Shown in pieces: positions 47,086-50,714 of a stretch of DNA of 50,714 nt. The stretch's first letter is position 1. Each line of letters opens with the position of its first letter. The stretch comes from a virus. Its lineage: Duplodnaviria; Caudoviricetes. A model generated the notes under the pieces. That model searched no databases. It was not told the DNA's origin and saw nothing but the letters and a program-made list of their open reading frames with translations. Location: IMG/VR virus record IMGVR_UViG_3300048041_000073, positions 1 to 50,714 of that record, one strand, 5' to 3'. The position numbers and the translations under genes were made by a program.

Positions 47086-48063
47086 TTAAAATCCTTCTAA
47101 GATAATAAAGCCTGTCGTTGTCGCTCCCGTAATTGTCGCGCCTGTCGTGCTCAGCGATGTTACAACAGCAGCAGCGGGACCATCTGTTGTTATAATTTGA
47201 GGCGTATAGGTAAAAGGTGTCCCAAAAGTAATCGTTGCTGTTCCAACAAGTGCGTCACAATAAATCATGATCTTGTTGAGAGCTGTTCCATAATCAGTCT
47301 GTACCCATAAGATATTTCCTGATGTTGAACCTGAAACACTTACTGGTGTTTGATTATTGTATATGCCAGGCACAACAAGCGGGTCAGTTGATGTGAAGAC
47401 TTCAAATGTTGTCGTGTCATAAGATAAGGCTGTTGGTGTTGTGCCTGTGCCTGATCGAATTGGATTGATATAGGTAGAACTCGCCAAAGCACCATCAAGC
47501 TCGGAACCTGTCGCATTGATAACGATAGAGTTTGCAGGTTGGTTATTTTCTCCTGCATTAGATCCTATAGCTACAGAATAGTTACCCTGGGAATGGGCAC
47601 CCGCAAGAAAACCAACTGCGACAGCCCGATAACCCTGACTTGTTTGACCTGCTTGACAACCAACAGCTACAGAATATTCACCTTGACTATTTTCTCCCGC
47701 CTTATCGCCAACAGCAACAGCTTCATCGCTTTGAGTGTTTTGTCCTGCCTTATATCCTATAGCTACCGCGCTGGGTCCTTGAGAATTTTGACCCGCTGTA
47801 TAACCTACGGCTATTGCAAATTCACCCTGGCTACTACCACAATAACCACCTATAGCGACACTTGCACCACTCATTGAACCCGTTCCAGCGTTACTACCAA
47901 TAGCAACAACGTATTGCCCCGTAGATGTTGTGCCACTATTTGGACCAATAAAAATACAGCCTGAAATACCATTTGTAACAGGGACTTGATACCCGATACC
48001 TACTCCCTGATTACGGTCATATGATGGGTCTGCAAAAAATGTTGTAGCAATAATTTCTGCCAT
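47086..48063 (-). CDS. Tail fibre/adhesin with YadA-head-like (Hep/Hag) 15-aa repeats
   Basis: Tandem QGxxAVA(I/V)GxxAGQxS repeats, then QPANSIVINATG...YINPIRS. Confidence 0.75.
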   Translation of the reverse strand: MAEIIATTFFADPSYDRNQGVGIGYQVPVTNGISGCIFIGPNSGTTSTGQYVVAIGSNAGTGSMSGASVAIGGYCGSSQGEFAIAVGYTAGQNSQGPSAVAIGYKAGQNTQSDEAVAVGDKAGENSQGEYSVAVGCQAGQTSQGYRAVAVGFLAGAHSQGNYSVAIGSNAGENNQPANSIVINATGSELDGALASSTYINPIRSGTGTTPTALSYDTTTFEVFTSTDPLVVPGIYNNQTPVSVSGSTSGNILWVQTDYGTALNKIMIYCDALVGTATITFGTPFTYTPQIITTDGPAAAVVTSLSTTGATITGATTTGFIILEGF

Positions 48064-48077
48064 AATTATAAACTCCT

Positions 48078-48107
48078 ATTTTATTTAATTTTATTTAATT
48101 TTATTTA
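48078..48107. repeat. 3 x 10-bp tandem repeat ATTTTATTTA
   Basis: Directly visible between the two adhesin genes. Confidence 0.7.
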
Positions 48108-49316
48108 ACTTACGTATGAAGAATAAGTAGTTGACCAATTGATAGTAGATCCATTTTTACCGTATACAGTCGCAACAAGTTGTGTGCCTGTACCATCTAT
48201 TGAGAAATTCACGTAAGTAACATGTGAGGAAGACTTAATCATGACAAAAAACGGATCATCTAAAAGTGTGGCAACACCTCCCGCGGAGATAGCCGAAACG
48301 AAATATTTAACCGCAACACCTTGGGAATAATCAGAAGAAGGCCCACTTAAGACACCGTCTAAAATAAGCAATCCATCTGTTGGCATTGTGATGGCAAAGA
48401 TTTGGGTTGGTGTATTATCTATTGTTGTCACAGTCCAGGTAGTTTCTATTGGAACTGTGCCGTTAATTGCAGAAACGGGAATTGTAGCAGTTGTAATATT
48501 TGCTCCGCTAATCTCAGGGGCAAACGAAGGAGGAGGGACAATTACTTCACTAGTGGTTGTGTCGTATGCCATGATAACGGGTGTTGTTCCCGTTGTTGAA
48601 CGAATAGGATTTATATAACAAGCATTCGTTGTTGCGCCGTCTAATTCAGTTCCTGAAGCATTAATAACAATTGAGTTAGCAGGCTGACTTGTTTTACCAG
48701 CCGAAGCACCAATCGCAATCGAATATGTGCCTTGATTCTCATATCCCGCTTGATAACCCATAGCAATTGCATAAGCACTTTGACCACTTGTTGAGGCATC
48801 AAAAGCAGCTTCAAAGCCAATGGCAATAGCATTATCGCCTTGGTTGTTGTAACCAGTATTGCAACCGATAGCGATAGATTGTTGACCTTGTGAAGCTGCT
48901 CCACAACTATTTCCTATAGCAACCGATTTTGTACTTTGATTGCTTTGTCCCGCAGCAGAACCGATAGCAACAGATCTATCGGCTTGTCCACTTTCTCCAC
49001 AATAAGGTCCTACTGCTACGCTATAAGATCCTTGACTATTTCCTGAAAAATATCCCAACGCTACAGATTGCTGGCCTTGTCCACCATATCCCGCACGCAC
49101 GCCTATAGTGATAGATTGTTGCCCTCCAATTAGTGTTCCTCCACCCGCATCCTGACCAATAGAAATACAGTTACCTGCGTAAGCATTTGCTCGTTGTCCG
49201 ATAGCAATATTACCCGAATTATTTACCTGGTTAGTAGCTCCCTCTCCCAACACGACTGCTGTCAAATCGCTTGTTGTGGATGTAGATGCGCATGTATCAA
49301 TAACTATATCTGCCAT
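48105..49316 (-). CDS. Tail fibre/adhesin with YadA-head-like repeats and C-terminal domain shared with the long fibre
   Basis: QxxxS(V/I)AIGxxAG repeats; C-terminal TTxDxTPT...DYS...VKY...DPF...IDGTGT...GKxGxTxxW. Confidence 0.75.
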   Translation of the reverse strand: MADIVIDTCASTSTTSDLTAVVLGEGATNQVNNSGNIAIGQRANAYAGNCISIGQDAGGGTLIGGQQSITIGVRAGYGGQGQQSVALGYFSGNSQGSYSVAVGPYCGESGQADRSVAIGSAAGQSNQSTKSVAIGNSCGAASQGQQSIAIGCNTGYNNQGDNAIAIGFEAAFDASTSGQSAYAIAMGYQAGYENQGTYSIAIGASAGKTSQPANSIVINASGTELDGATTNACYINPIRSTTGTTPVIMAYDTTTSEVIVPPPSFAPEISGANITTATIPVSAINGTVPIETTWTVTTIDNTPTQIFAITMPTDGLLILDGVLSGPSSDYSQGVAVKYFVSAISAGGVATLLDDPFFVMIKSSSHVTYVNFSIDGTGTQLVATVYGKNGSTINWSTTYSSYVS

Positions 49317-49335
49317 AATTTTAAGTCCTTTTTAT

Positions 49336-50714
49336 TTAGTTAGCGTATGTGAAAAATGAGGTATTCCATTTCAAGGTGACACCTGTTTTTCCTGTTACAA
49401 CAACCTGCATATATGTGCCTGTTCCATCGATTTGGCAGGTCACATAAGGTGTTGCTTGATTGGGTCGGTTATAGACAAGGAAAGGGTCGGAAACTAAAGT
49501 TAGTGTTCCTCCCGAATTCACAGCGGTAAACACATACTTGACGCTAAATGCAGTGGAATAATCTGGAGATGCACAGTTAATAATACCTTCAAGCGTTACG
49601 ATTGAATTTGTGGTTACTGTGAGAGATACCAATGGGGTCGGTGTTGCATCTGTTGTTTGAACATACTCAACACCCACATCATTGAGGGCCTCCAAAGGAA
49701 TTGATGCTGTGGCAATGTTTGCGCCTGACATTGTTGGCGCATCATTAAACGTATTGGGCGCAGTCCAAGTGTTTGTACTACTCAAGAGAGCTGTTGCTGA
49801 ACCAGACGCATCATAACTTGCATCACCGTATGCTTTAGTGATGAGCTGAGTACTTGTTGTTGGAGTTAGAGTACTGGTTGGCAAGTTAGTATTGTAACTG
49901 TTTGTCCCCGTCCAAGCGTTGGTACCAGATAGGCTGACACCTGAACCCGCAGCAGCATAACTCGCATCACCATAAGCTTTAGTGATGAGCTGAGTACTTG
50001 TTGTCGGAGTCTGGGTAGAGGTCGGTAAGCTTGAGTTAAAGCTGTTCGTTCCTGTAAATGCGTTTGTCCCTGCAACTGTTGCAAAAGTAGCTTGCGAAAC
50101 AGATGAAACAGTTGAAATACCACCCGAAACAGTGCTTAACAAAAGACCTGTAGACAAAGCACCTAGGTTAACTTCATTGGTTAATGCGCCATTTGCTGTC
50201 GCAACTAAATACTGAGCGTTATTAGGTGCACCACCAGAACCACTATTTGGACTCCAGAAAGCATTACCTGATGCATCCGATGTCCAAATATATCCAGCAA
50301 CCGCCCCTGTTGGAGCTTGGAAACCTGAATCGATGATCATATTCCCAACAAAAGTATTGACCCCACCCCAGCTTTGAGTTGCTGCTAAAGAGCCATAAGT
50401 TGCATCACCATAAGCCTTAGTGATTAACTGTGTTGAAGTCGTGGGAGTTAGAGTACTGGTCGGTAAGTTAGTATTATAGCTGTTTGTCCCTGTCCAAGCG
50501 TTTGTTCCTGACAAGCTCACACCTGAACCCGCAGCAGCGTAACTCGCGTCACCATAAGCTTTAGTGATGAGCTGAGTTGAGGTCGTCGGAGTTGCCGTAG
50601 ACGTTGGAAGATGCGCGTTAAATGCATTAGTTCCTGTCCATGTATTACTGGAAGCCAAAAGTCCAGCAGCTGCTCCAGACGCATCATAACTTGCATCGCC
50701 ATACGCCTTAGTGA
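49336..50714 (-). CDS. Long repetitive tail fibre, C-terminal part (in frame with 1-2572)
   Basis: Open from the window end; 50658 corresponds to position 82 in the same frame; same repeats. Confidence 0.85.
   Translation of the reverse strand, partial: TKAYGDASYDASGAAAGLLASSNTWTGTNAFNAHLPTSTATPTTSTQLITKAYGDASYAAAGSGVSLSGTNAWTGTNSYNTNLPTSTLTPTTSTQLITKAYGDATYGSLAATQSWGGVNTFVGNMIIDSGFQAPTGAVAGYIWTSDASGNAFWSPNSGSGGAPNNAQYLVATANGALTNEVNLGALSTGLLLSTVSGGISTVSSVSQATFATVAGTNAFTGTNSFNSSLPTSTQTPTTSTQLITKAYGDASYAAAGSGVSLSGTNAWTGTNSYNTNLPTSTLTPTTSTQLITKAYGDASYDASGSATALLSSTNTWTAPNTFNDAPTMSGANIATASIPLEALNDVGVEYVQTTDATPTPLVSLTVTTNSIVTLEGIINCASPDYSTAFSVKYVFTAVNSGGTLTLVSDPFLVYNRPNQATPYVTCQIDGTGTYMQVVVTGKTGVTLKWNTSFFTYAN

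Overview
This window is essentially a whole ~50.6 kb AT-rich tailed dsDNA phage genome with podovirus-like organisation. It is circularly permuted and opened inside a repetitive tail-fibre gene: bases 1-138 match 50577-50714 except for two synonymous differences, and the minus-strand ORF starting at 2572 continues in frame into 50576-49336. Minus-strand late genes are a putative TerS, a DUF1064 nuclease, tRNA-Asn, tRNA-Gln, TerL, portal, internal proteins, a GroES-like protein, scaffold, capsid, adaptor, fibre, nozzle and ejection proteins. Plus-strand early/middle genes are small hypotheticals, a YqaJ exonuclease, an ERF annealase, an RHH protein, SSB and a DUF6948-like protein. A minus-strand block holds a replication initiator, ProQ/FinO, HigA-like HTH, M15 endolysin, lipoprotein and secreted protein, and a full-length GroEL lies on the plus strand. 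I recognised no integrase, DNA polymerase, helicase or holin. SSB and ProQ suggest a low-GC alphaproteobacterial, possibly endosymbiotic, host (inference). The most unusual element (28399-29762) is a tandem array of six translationally coupled (Gly-X)n minigenes plus one decayed copy. They share an MDELIxDS leader, sit at a constant 5-nt spacing and lie directly behind the DUF6948/Sm-like gene. Family names come from motif recognition by eye, not database searches.
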